Made by a program: the position numbers and the translations under genes. From Octopus sinensis (lineage: Eukaryota), in the NCBI RefSeq assembly GCF_006345805.1, contig NC_043010.1, forward strand, positions 32,736,001 to 32,800,000: 64,000 nt of DNA, read 5' to 3'. Position 1 is the stretch's first letter. Every line of letters starts with the position of its first letter. The notes under the pieces are model-generated. The model was not told the origin of the DNA and ran no database searches. It worked only from the letters and a program-made list of their open reading frames with translations. This document shows positions 12,533 through 25,868 of this stretch, one piece after another.

Positions 12533-12925
12533 GGCGCAGGAGTGGCTGTGTGGTCAGTACCTTGCTTACCAACCACATGGTTCCGGGTTCAGTCCCACTG
12601 CATAATACCTTGGGTAAGTGTCTTCTACTATAGCTTTGTAAGTGGATTTAGTAGACAGAAACTGAAAGAAGCCTGTCGTATATATATATGTATATATATA
12701 TATATGTGTGTGTGTGTATGCGCGTGTGTTTGTGTGTCTGTGTGTGTCCCCCCAACGCTTGACACCAATGTTAGTGTGCTTACATCCCCTTAACATAGCG
12801 ATTCACCAAAAGATACCGATAGAATAAGTACTAGGCTTACAAAGAATAAGTCTTGGGGTGATTCGACTAAAGGCAGTGCTCTAGCATGGCCGCAGTCAAA
12901 TGCCTGAAAGGAATAAAAGAATAAG
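12533..12925 (+). mobile_element. Full-length SINE family A
   Basis: Pol III A box (tggctgtgtgg) and B box (ggttcagtccc), body, internal (TA)/(TG) tract, and a 3' tail ending gaaaggaataaaagaataag. Confidence 0.85.
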
Positions 12926-12942
12926 AATATATTATATATATA

Positions 12943-12976
<34 letters not shown>

Positions 12977-13017
12977 TATATATATAATATAATGTATGTA
13001 TGTATATATACAAATAC

Positions 13018-13076
<59 letters not shown>

Positions 13077-13160
13077 CATACATATATAAATATATATATA
13101 TTATATATATATATACATGCATACATACATACACACATGCATACATTATATATATTATAT

Positions 13161-13212
<52 letters not shown>

Positions 13213-13268
13213 ATATATATATTATATAGTGAGAAAGTTGGAGTGTGAAAGCACGTGGTTGAATATAT

Positions 13269-14369
13269 AGAAAATAGTAAAAAGTGAAAAAACTACAGAA
13301 GGCTTGTTTAAAAAGGTTAAAAAAATATATATTTGAGTCATTATGTCTGAAGAATGTTATAAATTTTTTTCATACAATGACAGTTTTTGAAGAAATGACC
13401 GGTTTCGTGTTCAGCTTTTCAAATTTCTTACATCGTTATGTTTACGTTGAGAAGTGTGAAGAAAGAGTTCCAGATAAGGGGAGGTAATAAGTGATTTCTT
13501 CCGGTCTAAGGGAGATAATCGCTTAATATTTCTTGCCTTTTTTTTTTGAGTGAGTGTCTCTGTATAAGAATGTTGGAATGGTTAAGTTTGGGCTTGTATT
13601 TTTCAATGAAGAATGTTTCCTTGTTTAGTCTAATTTGTGTTGGTGTTCCGATAGCACATTGGTAAAATGGAAATATTAAAAATTGTGGTAGTAGTTGCTT
13701 TGCGCATTTCTCAATGTGCTCACTAAAGGGTATCATTCTGTATTCTGGAATGCAATCTGTTGTCGATGCAGTGTGCATCTACGTCGGAGGATAGTCCCGT
13801 GGACCCCACGTAGTTTTGGTGGCATCCCGAGCATCTATGACATAAATTATGTTTTCAGAGGCGCAAGTAAAATTAGATTTGATCGTGAATTTCTGTCCCT
13901 CTTTGAAGAGGAATTCTGATCCTTCTAGCAGGTTTGGACATGTTGCACAGTTCGGTCTACCACATTTTTTTACTTTTGCATCTGTAATTTCAGAAAACAA
14001 TTTTGCCTTTGTGAGAATCTTTTTAAGTGATTTAGGTTGTTTGTAGCTTTTAATGATTTGGTGTATGTTTAGAATTTTCTTAATATTTAATATAGAAATT
14101 TAGAAAAAGGCAAGAAATATTAAGAAATATTAAGCGATTATCTCCCTTACACCGGAAGAAATCACTTATTACCTCCCCTTACCTGGAACTCTACTTCACA
14201 CTTTGTGAAGAAATTTGAAAATTTGAACGCGAATCCGGTCATTTCTTCAAAAACTATGTCATTGTATGAAAAAAATTTATAACATTCTTCAGACATAATG
14301 ACTCAAATATATATTTTCTAACCTTTTAAAACAAGCCTTCTGTAGTTTTTTTACTTTTTACTATTTTCT
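13269..14369 (-). mobile_element. Penelope-like element: GIY-YIG endonuclease fragment between inverted pseudo-LTRs
   Basis: Minus strand reads KCGRPNCATC...FTCASENIIYVI / C.GC.KNYVGST...RCTLHRQQI / EHIEKCA...RLNKETFFIEKYKPKLN. The ~270-nt inverted repeats are 13269-13543 and 14104-14369. Confidence 0.85.
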
Positions 14370-14380
14370 CTCTCTCTCTC

Positions 14381-14458
<78 letters not shown>

Positions 14459-14500
14459 AATGCATAATACATACATACATACATACATATATATATAAAC

Positions 14501-14532
<32 letters not shown>

Positions 14533-14546
14533 GTATGTACAATGTA

Positions 14547-14584
<38 letters not shown>

Positions 14585-14590
14585 TAGTAT

Positions 14591-14654
<64 letters not shown>

Positions 14655-14936
14655 CATATATATATAGTTTCCCTTTTAATAGCTTCACTATGAATATATT
14701 ATATACATAGTGATGTTATTGTTTAACTTTTGACACGTAATACCAAAACAGTCTAAGAGATTGCCGGCAAAGTCCGCGACAAAAACGAAAATTGTTTTAG
14801 CCCATGACACCGCATACATAGACTGAAAGTAGTGTGTGTTTGTGTAAGATTTGAATGAAACCGGTTGGGTAGTTCTCGAGTTATGGTGGTGATGCACACA
14901 TACAGACAGACAGATAGATTATATTATATATATATA

Positions 14937-14980
<44 letters not shown>

Positions 14981-15178
14981 TTCTTATTTGTAGAATCCTC
15001 CCTCCTTTCCAACTTTATACTCTTCCTTATTGCTATTTAGAATAATACCTATGCAAACTTTATTTACAAAATATTGAAAAGTGTTGTTTCAGGTATTCAA
15101 CAATTACTCCTACCATCCACAGCGGGTCATTTTCGGGGCAGTTGACCATTCAACATACTACTCTCATAGCAATCCCAC

Positions 15179-15349
15179 ATTCTTCTTCTTCTTCTTCTTC
15201 TTCTTCTTCTTCTTCTTCTTCTTCTTCTTCTTCTTCTCCTCCTCCTCCTCCTCCTCCTCCTCCTTCTTCTTCTCCTCCTCCTCCTCCTCCTCCTCCTCCT
15301 CCTCCTCTTCTTCTTCTTCTTCTTCTTCTTCTTCTTCTTCTTCTTCTTC
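15179..15349. repeat. Compound (TTC)n/(TCC)n microsatellite
   Basis: Directly visible pure pyrimidine tract. Confidence 0.97.
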
Positions 15350-15619
15350 CCTACCAAGAATTCACAACGACCTCGAACCCACAAGAGTAAATAAGAGAGA
15401 CAGAGACAGGCAGAAACAAGGAAAATGCCACTTGTATTTGAACACTATGCAAATATTCTTTGAAAAATCTTTTCTTTTAACTTTTCAAAAATGTAATTGT
15501 TTTCCATACTTACAGTTGAAAAAGTCTCAATGACTGAAACCGGTACTAAAATGTTTTTTATAAAATTATTTTAGCATTTTCTATCTTGACTTTTTTCCAC
15601 ATATATATAATACAATATG

Positions 15620-15990
15620 GGACAAGAACGCAAAACATCCGGACAGCTAGGTGATACAAAAAGAGACAACAAAACATCCAGTTAGACGATACAAAGAAAA
15701 CAAGGACGGGTCATTCAAGTTTTCTTTCTTCAGTCATGCACCCGATGATCCTCGCAATTTCGGCTGATTATTCTTGAGATTGCTCCAATCTGGCCAGCCC
15801 CAAGGAATAACTAAACTAAGAGCATTAGATTCCTTGGAAGAATGCAGCGAATGTAAACAAAAACAAGGACGCAAAGAACGGACAATGTTACAGAAATATA
15901 AATACAATAAAAATAATAAAAATAATAACAGGACATAACAACAGGTGTCTTTCGACTGAAGACGAATTGAATTAAGCTGGCGCGTGTGGA
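15620..15990 (-). repeat. Unclassified interspersed repeat
   Basis: Reverse-complement homologue at ~31600-32010 (shared gagattgctcc/ggagcaatctc, aatcagccgaaattgc, gtcgaaagac). Confidence 0.65.
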
Positions 15991-16378
15991 AATGAAGCCT
16001 TACGGCAGAGATACAAAAGTTTCACATACATAGGGAAGAATATCGATGTTGCACGGACCACAGTCAGACCAAGAAAGAAAGAACAGGCTTGGCCGATTGG
16101 TCGCGTAGGAAGAGAAAAGAAAGAAGTAGAAGCAGATGGACAGAAGAATTAAGGAGGGGCGAGAAGAAAATGACAGGGACACAGTTAAGTGAAAAGTGGA
16201 GGGAAAGTGAGTAAGAAGAGAAGGCAAAGAAATGTGAGCGAGGGGGAACGAAAGAACGAAGAGTGGAATGAACGAATAAGCGTGAAAGGGCTGATAGAAA
16301 TTAGAGTCGTATAAGATTTTGAAAATGTGTACTTAAATTTAGAGAACAATATATGTATATATATATATATATATCTAT

Positions 16379-16422
<44 letters not shown>

Positions 16423-18614
16423 GAAGGCTTCCACATAGTTTTCGTCTGGCAAGTTTCCTCATAATTCATTGGTTACTCCGAGGTTATAGTAGACACCTGT
16501 GCAAAAAGTGCTGCACAGTGGAACTGAACCTGCAACAACAAGGCTGCAAAACGAGTTTCTTAACCATACAGTTATGCTATTAAACATATCAGGGATGGCG
16601 CTTCTGCACTTCTGTGATTCCGAAGACTAAACCAGCGAGTGACATACACCTAGTAAGTCCAACCAGCTTTCAGAGTAGAAGCTGATGAAAAACGGTATTC
16701 GGCTCTGTAGACTGGAGGTGAACTTACGGCAAATGAAAGTCATTAATCGCAGTCTTCTTTTGCATAAGGAATGAAGAAGACCCATTAAGTATTGTATAAT
16801 GCAGCTTATCTATCTATGATTGTAAGTGAAACATTCCCGACCTTCACCCATCTAACACGCTTTCTTTAAATACTTCAAACAATTTCTTACACCAACCTTT
16901 GTAAATCGCAACCAAACTTCCTTCAAATCACACAATACCAGCCAACATTAGGAAAGTACTCACTGGACAATGTAGTGTTTTTTTATATATAAGAAGGGAA
17001 AACAATACACATTCAGACATACATACATACATACGTACAAATATGTGTGTGTATGTATGTATGTATGTATGTATGTATGTAGTATGTATGTAGTATGTAT
17101 GTATGTATGTATGTATGTATGGTCGTATATGGGCGTCTAAACATATAGACACAGATAATACATACTTAAATAGATACACACATATGCATATCAAAGCATA
17201 TATAAACACATATATACATGTATCTATCATGTATATTTGTGTATACATGCATGTATGAGAAAAAGAGGAGGAAGGGAGATGAGAATGGTATGTGAGAAAG
17301 GAAAAAAGAGTGCGAGAGACAAAGACAGGGAAGAGAGAGAAGAAGGGTGAAAGAGAAACACAGAATGAAAGGAAACGAAAAGAAGTTTGTTAAAAAAATA
17401 TAACGTTTTAATTCCACAGAGAAAGAGGTGAATTCAAAGCTATTAAAAAGTATTATTCCCAGGCCCTACGTAATAGATTGTTATTTAGTTGTTTGTTCAG
17501 TTTATTCAACATTCAATTGAAATGACTAATCATGGCAATTAAATTGATAATTAAGAAGGACGTAAGAGGAACATGATAAAAATAGACAAAGAGTCAAAAA
17601 TATGGGTGTATGGTTAAGAAACAGCATCGTGTCGTTCAGCATGCTGTCTAGTAAATTAGTCTCTTTCCACTTATATTCTTTTCTACTCTAGGCACAATGC
17701 CTGAAATTTTTAGGGAGGGAGCCAGTCGATTACTTCGACCCAGTATGCAACTGGCACTCAATTTATTGATCCCGAAAGGATGAAAGACAAAGTTGACCCC
17801 TCGGCGGAATTTGAACTCAGGACGTAGCGGCAGACGAAATACCTATTTCTTTACTACCCACAAGGAGCTAAACACAGAGAGGACAAACAGTGGATCGGCG
17901 TTGGCGCTATACCTGGAAATGGAAGAGAAGGACCCGTTGAGGACCCAGAAAAAATAGAAGGCCGGCTGATGGAGGCTTTCACAGAAGGGCCATTTATGGC
18001 ATATGGTCGACTCGGGAAACAAAGTAGATGGGCGAACAGTCGATTGTGTTGCCAATGAAATCAGGAGATTGGCTAGACTCGGGGGGATATAGAGATGCGG
18101 CGCGTTAGAACAAACCGTAATATTAGCCTAGACAGAATTTCCTAACCACTGTTGGTCGAGCTGCAAAAGCTGCCGAACATTCACTCTATTGCAATGGAGA
18201 GGTAATATCTCGGGCAGAGCCATCGTATCGTGTTGCAGGACGACACCTTTGGCAGCGACTGCAACACCGAGAAGGGGTCGAACAAAGAGCGGCGGAGATG
18301 GATGCCGCGCTGAAAGGACTGAACCTGGCGCTGAGGTGGGGGGTGCGTAACATCGATATCCAGACCGATTCGGCCACTGTACTTAGATGGGTGGGATCAG
18401 TGATCACATGCGAGCGGAGGGTGCGAACTAAATGGGGTGCAGAGATGCTGATAAAACGCTGTCTGGGAATCCTAGGCGAGCTATCTGCCGAGTTTGACCT
18501 GAGGCTGAGTGTGGTTTTTGTGCCCTCAGAGAGGAATAGAGTGGACGTCCTGACCAGAGTAAAGAAAGCCTAGTTGCAGGTGCCAGAGGATCTGGAGCAA
18601 GGAGTGGCTGCGTT

Positions 18615-18714
18615 NNNNNNNNNNNNNNNNNNNNNNNNNNNNNNNNNNNNNNNNNNNNNNNNNNNNNNNNNNNNNNNNNNNNNNNNNNNNNNNNNNNNNN
18701 NNNNNNNNNNNNNN
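18615..18714. other. Scaffold gap (100 N)
   Basis: Run of N. Confidence 0.99.
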
Positions 18715-20454
18715 ACATAAAACAACAGGTGTATTTTCACTGAGACGAATTGAATAAGCTGGCGCGTGTGGAATGAAGCCTTACGGCAGAGATACAAAAG
18801 TTTTCACATACATAGGGAGAATATCGATGTTGCACGGACCACAGTCAGACCAAAGAAAGAAAAGAACAGGCTTGGCCGATGGTCAACGTTTAGGAAGAGA
18901 AAAGAAAGAAGTAGAAGCAGAGATGGACAGAAGAATTAAGGAGGGGCGAGAAGAAAATGACAGGACACAGTTAAGTGAAAAGTGGAGGGAAAGTGAGTAA
19001 GAAGAGAAGGCAAAGAAATGTGAGCGAGGGGAACGAAAGAACGAAGAGTGGAATGGAAGAACGACGAATAAGCGTGAAAGGGCTGATAGAAATTAGAGTC
19101 GTATAAGATTTTGAAAAATGTGTACTTAAATTTACCGAGAACAATATAGTATATGTATATATAATATATATATATAATTATATATAATATATATATATAT
19201 ATATATACACGAAGGGCTTCCACATAGTTTTTCGTCTGGCAAGTTTCTCATAATTCATTGGTTACTCCGAGGTTATAGTAGACACCTGTGCAAAGTGCTG
19301 CACAGTGGAACTGAACCTGCAACAACAAGGCTGCAAAACGAGTTTCTTAACCATACAGTTATGCTATTAAACATATCAGGGATGGCGCTTCTGCACTTCT
19401 GTGATTCCGAAGACTAAACCAGCGAGTGACATACACCTAGTAAGTCCAACCAGCTTTCAGAGTAGAAGCTGATGAAAAACGGTATTCGGCTCTGTAGACT
19501 GGAGGTGAACTTACGGCAAATGAAAGTCATTAATCGCAGTCTTCTTTTGCATAAGGAATGAAGAAGACCCATTAAGTATTGTATAATGCAGCTTATCTAT
19601 CTATGATTGTAAGTGAAACATTCCCGACCTTCACCCATCTAACACGCTTTCTTTAAATACTTCAAACAATTTCTTACACCAACCTTTGTAAATCGCAACC
19701 AAACTTCCTTCAAATCACACAATACCAGCCAACATTAGGAAAGTACTCACTGGACAATGTAGTGTTTTTTTATATATAAGAAGGGAAAACAATACACATT
19801 CAGACATACATACATACATACGTACAAATATGTGTGTGTATGTATGTATGTATGTATGTATGTATGTATGTATGTATGTATGTATGTATGTATGTATGTA
19901 TGTATGTATGGTCGTATATGGGCGTCTAAACATATAGACACAGATAATACATACTTAAATAGATACACACATATGCATATCAAAGCATATATAAACACAT
20001 ATATACATGTATCTATCATGTATATTTGTGTATACATGCATGTATGAGAAAAAGAGGAGGAAGGGAGATGAGAATGGTATGTGAGAAAGGAAAAAAGAGT
20101 GCGAGAGACAAAGACAGGGACAGAGAGAGAAGAAGGGTGAAAGAGAAACACAGAATGAAAGGAAACGAAAAGAAGTTTGTTAAAAAAATATAACGTTTTA
20201 ATTCCACAGAGAAAGAGGTGAATTCAAAGCTATTAAAAAGTATTATTCCCAGGCCCTACGTAATAGATTGTTATTTAGTTGTTTGTTCAGTTTATTCAAC
20301 ATTCAATTGAAATGACTAATCATGGCAATTAAATTGATAATTAAGAAGGACGTAAGAGGAACATGATAAAAATAGACAAAGAGTCAAAAATATGGGTGTA
20401 TGGTTAAGAAACAGCATCGTGTCGTTCAGCATGCTGTCTAGTAAATTAGTCTCT

Positions 20455-20680
20455 TTCCACTTATATTCTTTTCTACTCTAGGCACAATGCCTGAAATTTT
20501 TAGGGAGGGAGCCAGTCGATTACTTCGACCCAGTATGCAACTGGCACTCAATTTATTGATCCCGAAAGGATGAAAGACAAAGTTGACCCCTCGGCGGAAT
20601 TTGAACTCAGGACGTAGCGGCAGACGAAATACCTATTTCTTTACTACCCACAAGGAGCTAAAACACAGAGAGGACAAACA
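20455..20680 (-). mobile_element. SINE family B fragments (duplicated at ~17660-17890)
   Basis: cgacccagt..aactgg..c..aatttattgatcccgaaaggatgaaagacaaagttgac...ggcggaatttgaactcagg..cgtagcggcagacgaaatacc matches the family B body. Confidence 0.75.
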
Positions 20681-22659
20681 GTGGATCGGCGTTGGCGCTA
20701 TACCTGGAAATGGAAGAGAAGGACCCGTTGAGGACCCAGAAAAAATAGAAGGCCGGCTGATGGAGGCTTTCACAGAAGGGCCATTTATGGCATATGGTCG
20801 ACTCGGGAAACAAAGTAGATGGGCGAACAGGTCGATGTGTTTGCCAATGAAATCAGGAGATTGGCTAGACTCGTGGGATATAGAGATGGCGCGTTAGAAC
20901 AAACCGTAATATTAGCCTTAGTGACAGAATTTCCTAACCACCTGTTGGTCGAGCTGCAAAAGCTGCCGAACATTCACTCTATTGCAATGGGAGAGGTAAT
21001 ATCTCGGGCCAGAGCCATCGTATCGTGTTGCAGGACGACACCTTTGGCAGCGACTGCAACACCGAGAAGGGGTCGAACAAAGAGCGGCGGAGATGGATGC
21101 CGCGCTGAAAGGACTGAACCTGGCGCTGAGGTGGGGGGTGCGTAACATCGATATCCAGACCGATTCGGCCACTGTACTTAGATGGGTGGGATCAGTGATC
21201 ACATGCGAGCGGAGGGTGCGAACTAAATGGGGTGCAGAGATGCTGATAAAACGCTGTCTGGGAATCCTAGGCGAGCTATCTGCCGAGTTTGACCTGAGGC
21301 TGAGTGTGGTTTTTGTGCCCTCAGAGAGGAATAGAGTGGACGTCCTGACCAGAGTAAAGAAAGCCTAGTTGCAGGTGCCAGAGGATCTGGAGCAAGGAGT
21401 GGCTGCGGTGTGTCGACTGAGTGACTCGGAGCTGAAGAGATTGCATACCATGCATTACATGGGGGTGGACAGGACCCTGTTCCTAGCCAGGAAAGTTGAC
21501 TCTGACGTGACCAAGGCAGAGTGTGCAAAGAGTAGTTGGGAGCTGCGACAGGAGCTAGTCTATTGACCCCGTTCCGGGTGTGCATGAGGCAGGAAGCATT
21601 CCTGTGGAGCACAACTGGAAACGACTGGCAGTGGACGGGACGCACTACCGGCAGGGAATACACCTCTCGATGGTCGACTGCGGACCGGGCGGTTGGCCAT
21701 ATGGAGGGAGATGAAGACGGGGACCGGGGAGGAAATCACAAGAATACTGAATGAGATATTCCTAGAACGAGGCCCTGTGGATGAGCTGCTTGTGGACAAT
21801 GGCACTACGTTTCGCTCGGTTGTGCTGGGGGAAATGCTCGACAAGTGGCACGTCAACCGTTTCTTCAGGGCGGCATACCGGCCAAGTGGCAATGGGGTTG
21901 TGGAGAGGCATCATCGTACCATCAAGACCATAGCAGAGAAGGGCCATATCTCACCGGTCAAGACCATTTTTTGGTATAATATGTCGCCCAGGACGGGACA
22001 GGCTGAGGAGTCAGTGTCACACAGGGCAATATTCAAGTACGAGTGGAGGCATCCATGTACTGGGGGGAAAGGGGACAATAACCTCTGTGAATTCGAGAAA
22101 CAACGTATGTGTGCAGGATCATCACTGCGACGGAGGATGGGGCCAACAGTATTGAACAAGATGACGAAACCGGCAGGAATATGCCAGGAACTGAGGCCAG
22201 TCCTGAAGTCCCACGGAGGTCACAGAAGGCGCGGTGCCTTCCTCGCTGGTTATGAGACAAGTTAGGGCGTGTGGTCGGGGTTGAGAAGAGGGCGTGGGCA
22301 GGTTGGTTGAATGATCTTCAGATCAGGGTGGTATGTGGTGTTATGAGCCAGGATGTGTTGTAGGGAAGGATCGGAAGTGAGGGAATAGGCATGTCCTGTT
22401 GGAAGTGGGGCCTGTGGATCTCCCGGAAGTGCCGCGGTGGACATGCAGCATCAGTGAAGCACGAGGGACCAGTTGGCGGCGGACAGCACATCAGAGCGGA
22501 TGTGTGAGACTGTACAGCGACGGATAGCACACGTGGACGGGCAGTGAAACTTGGAGATCGAGACAGCTCGTGGATGTTGAAAGTGACCTTTTTTCCGGAC
22601 CGACAGGTAAGACTGCCGTAATTCTCTCTTTGCTTCCGTCGTTTTCTTCCTTTACATCA
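20680..22659 (+). mobile_element. Internally deleted, degenerate Ty3/Gypsy LTR retrotransposon (gag fragment, RNase H, integrase, putative 3' LTR)
   Basis: Gag-like GEQVDVFANEIRRLARLVG; RNase H LALRWGVRNIDIQTDSATV...N..D.LTR; integrase H..H.GVDRT and ELLVDNGTTFRS...AAYRPSGNGVVERHHRTIK. Putative LTR 22356-22659 is bounded by TGTTGTA...TACATCA. Its 5' part is duplicated at ~17890-18614. Confidence 0.85.
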
Positions 22660-23067
22660 CAAAATACTAGCACACAGAAAAGGTACAGAAAAATACTAAC
22701 ACACAGAAGCACAGAAAAATATGTGATATACTAACACAGAAAAATTAAAATACGCGGGTGAAATCAACATTGTGCGGGTGTCGTCGTAACAAGATGCTAA
22801 TGCCCCGATGTCTGTTGATTGGCTAAAATTACCCAAATTTACCAATTTTAATTCCAAATGACACCAGATTCTTTAATTTTCGAGATAAAGTAATTGATTG
22901 ATCGTAATCAAAATTCATTGTTGCATCGATACACCAAAATTGAAAGCAATCTGAGCAAAATTAAGTGGGAATCATTTCGCTTGTGAAAAAGACTAGATAT
23001 AAAAATAATGTTAGCCATGCTCTGTGATATACTTCCACGACAATACGACCATCTTTCTCTCTCTCTC

Positions 23068-23109
<42 letters not shown>

Positions 23110-23232
23110 TCACACACACGTGTGCGCATAAACTGTGAATCTAAAGTATTTTTCTACTCGATGACCTCAGTGTTTTTGTTCTTGTCAGTTGAGAAGGGAT
23201 TGGCTGCTGAAGGCCAATAGGCTCTCATTATA

Positions 23233-23440
23233 GGCGGCGAGCTGACAGAATCGTTAGCACGCCGGGCGAAATGCTTAGAAGCCTTTCGTCTGCCGCTACG
23301 TCCTGAGTTCAAATTCCGCCGAGATCATCGTGTCATCCTTTCGGGGTCGATAAACTAAGTACCAGTTACGCACTGGGGTTGATGTAATCGACTGTCCCCC
23401 TCCCCAAATTTCAGGCCTTGTGCCTATAGTAGAAAGGATT
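23233..23440 (+). mobile_element. tRNA-derived SINE family B
   Basis: ggcggcgagctgacagaatcgttagcacgccgggcgaaatgc...gagttcaaattccgcc...catcctttcggggtcgataaactaagtaccag...aggccttgtgcctatagtagaaaggatta. Confidence 0.85.
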
Positions 23441-23484
23441 ATGATAATTATGTTGCTTTTGATTAAAGCGGCGATAATGATGTT

Positions 23485-23692
23485 ACTCTTTTTACTCTTT
23501 TACTTGTTTCAGTCAGTTGACTGCGGCCATGCTGGAGCACCGTCTTTAGTCGAGCAAATCGACCCGGGACTTATTCTTTGTAAGCCCAGTACTTATTCTA
23601 TCGATCTCTTTTGCCGAACCGCTAAGTGACGGGGACGTAACACACAGCATCGACTATCAAGCAATGCTAGGGGACAAACAAACACATAACAC

Positions 23693-23737
<45 letters not shown>

Positions 23738-23893
23738 CATATATACGACAGGCTTCTTTCAGTTTCCGTCTACCAAATCCACTCACAAGGCATTGGTCGG
23801 CCCGGAGCTATAGCAGAAGACACTTGCCCAAGATGAACCCGGAACCATGTGGTTGGTTAGCAAGCTACTTACCACACAGCCACTCCTGCGCCT
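23485..23893 (-). mobile_element. Full-length SINE family A
   Basis: Reverse complement of the 12533-12925 type, with a small deletion in the head. Confidence 0.85.
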
Positions 23894-25029
23894 ATGTTAA
23901 TGAAGGTAAGAAAAGAAATATACAAAAGAAGAAAAACAAGAGTAAAAGAGAGTGTAAGTAATTTACTAATTTTCTTTCAGGGTCAAAGGTTTGATGTGAA
24001 TGCCTTTTTTTTACAAACAACGTGTGATGTAAATTTGATCTAAAACACGCGCGTACACACACACCACACATATACACATACATACACACGCTCGTGTGCA
24101 ATCGACTTAATCTCTTACCCCAAAACTTGAGGCCTTGTTTTTCCAGTAGAAAGGATTTATTAAAGGTAAAAAAGTATGACACGCTGACATTCACATTTAT
24201 TATATTGGTTATGTTCAATTTTGGGGAAACTTTATTTCATGTGTGTGTGTGTTTAGTAAAGAAAGCAAAAAATAAAACAAAAATGATAGTGTTCAGTATG
24301 TTGGCCACAGGAATTTCTGACAAATGGTTTAACGAAGTTGTACATCATCTCCCTCTTTCTCTCACATACCCACTCTTTCTCTATCCTTTATTATTACTCC
24401 CACTGCTCCGATCAATACTACTACTTTGAATAAAAAAATCAACTCTCTAAATTTTTTTGTCTCTCTTTCTCTCTCTCTCTTTCTGTGTCTTTGCCACCGC
24501 CCTCACCGCCTCTATGCTTATTATTACTCTCATCCCATCATGGGGAATAGTAGGAGTGTCGCTGAATAGTGAGTGAAGGGTTCTATGTGTGACACACTGA
24601 CACACAGAAATTATTTTCACATTCATTATATTAGATGTTATACACTGCTGTAGCCATTGTAAGAATTTTGCAACAGCAATTATTGATAATTGAAATACCA
24701 ATGGGAAAGTACAGTAATTTCAATATATATAGTGGGTGTAGGATTTCTGTTTCCGTCCCATTGCGTGGTACATTGTGGCAGATGTCTTCTGTTATAGCCC
24801 CGGCCTAATCAAATCCCTGAGAATCGATTTTGTGGACGGAAACTGAAAGAATCACTCACACCACACACCACACACAGACACCACACCACAACACACTTAC
24901 ATATATATATAAAGTTAATCCAAACAAGAAACAAAAAAGGACAACAACGCGAGGATGTGGAACAAAATAAAGTTTCTTGGGCGTCAGGAAAGAAGGGGAA
25001 ATATATATAGTATATATATATATATATAT

Positions 25030-25073
<44 letters not shown>

Positions 25074-25189
25074 ATATTATATTATATTATATATTATTTT
25101 ATTATATATATAATATACATTATACATATGGGGGGGGGTAGTTTGTGGGTGTGAGCGGGGGGTGGGTGGGTTTTGGCACTGTATTAGTG

Positions 25190-25385
25190 TTTGTGTTTGT
25201 CCTACGGATTACCGGTGTTGTTTTGTTTATGCCTCTGTAACTTAGCGGCTCGGCAAAAAGAAACCCGATGGAACAAGTTCCAGGCCTTAAAAATAAGTAC
25301 TGGGGTCAATTCTTTCGACTAAAACCTTCCAAGGTGGTGTCCCAACAAGCCGCAGTCCAGTGACTGATATAAGTAAAAGATAAAA
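25190..25385 (+). mobile_element. SINE family A 3' part
   Basis: gtaacttagcggctcggcaaaaag...ggggtcaattctttcgactaaaacc...gccgcagtcc...gtaaaagataaaa. Confidence 0.7.
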
Positions 25386-25837
25386 AAAATTAACTAAACT
25401 CAATATTTGCCAGGTACAGTGATAAAGAAATCTTATAGAAATATGCAAGAAATGTTCAGGTATTGCCCACATAATTTAATTGCAATTATTGTGCTTCATG
25501 GAGGGCTTCATTTCTAGGCAAATTTCTCCTCATTCATTATTTATCAACAATCAGTTTATTCTTCGGCCAAAATATTCGAATCCGGACCAGTTACTGAGTT
25601 TCTATAAATTTCAAGTCAAGCCTACTCTGAGGTACTTGTTAACTATTTTGGACATTACTGTTACTATATGAATATACACGCGCACACGCACACACGCACA
25701 CACACACACACACACCTCATTGATTACATTTGAAAGAAACCTATCATATTACATTTAGCTTCTCGAGGCTGTCTTTCATCTGTCATCTGTCTGTATGCGG
25801 GTCCATCTCTCCCTCAGTTTCTCCCTTTCTCCCTCTC

Positions 25838-25868
<31 letters not shown>

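Larger units (their letters stand above)
15933..21409. repeat. 2.7-kb direct duplication flanking the N gap
   Basis: 15933-18614 and 18715-21409 are near identical, differing mainly by single-base indels; 100 Ns lie between them. Confidence 0.95.

Noticed and set aside
16681-16720. CTGATGA hammerhead-like core (also at ~19469)
   Set aside because: No stem II or GAAAC follows it.
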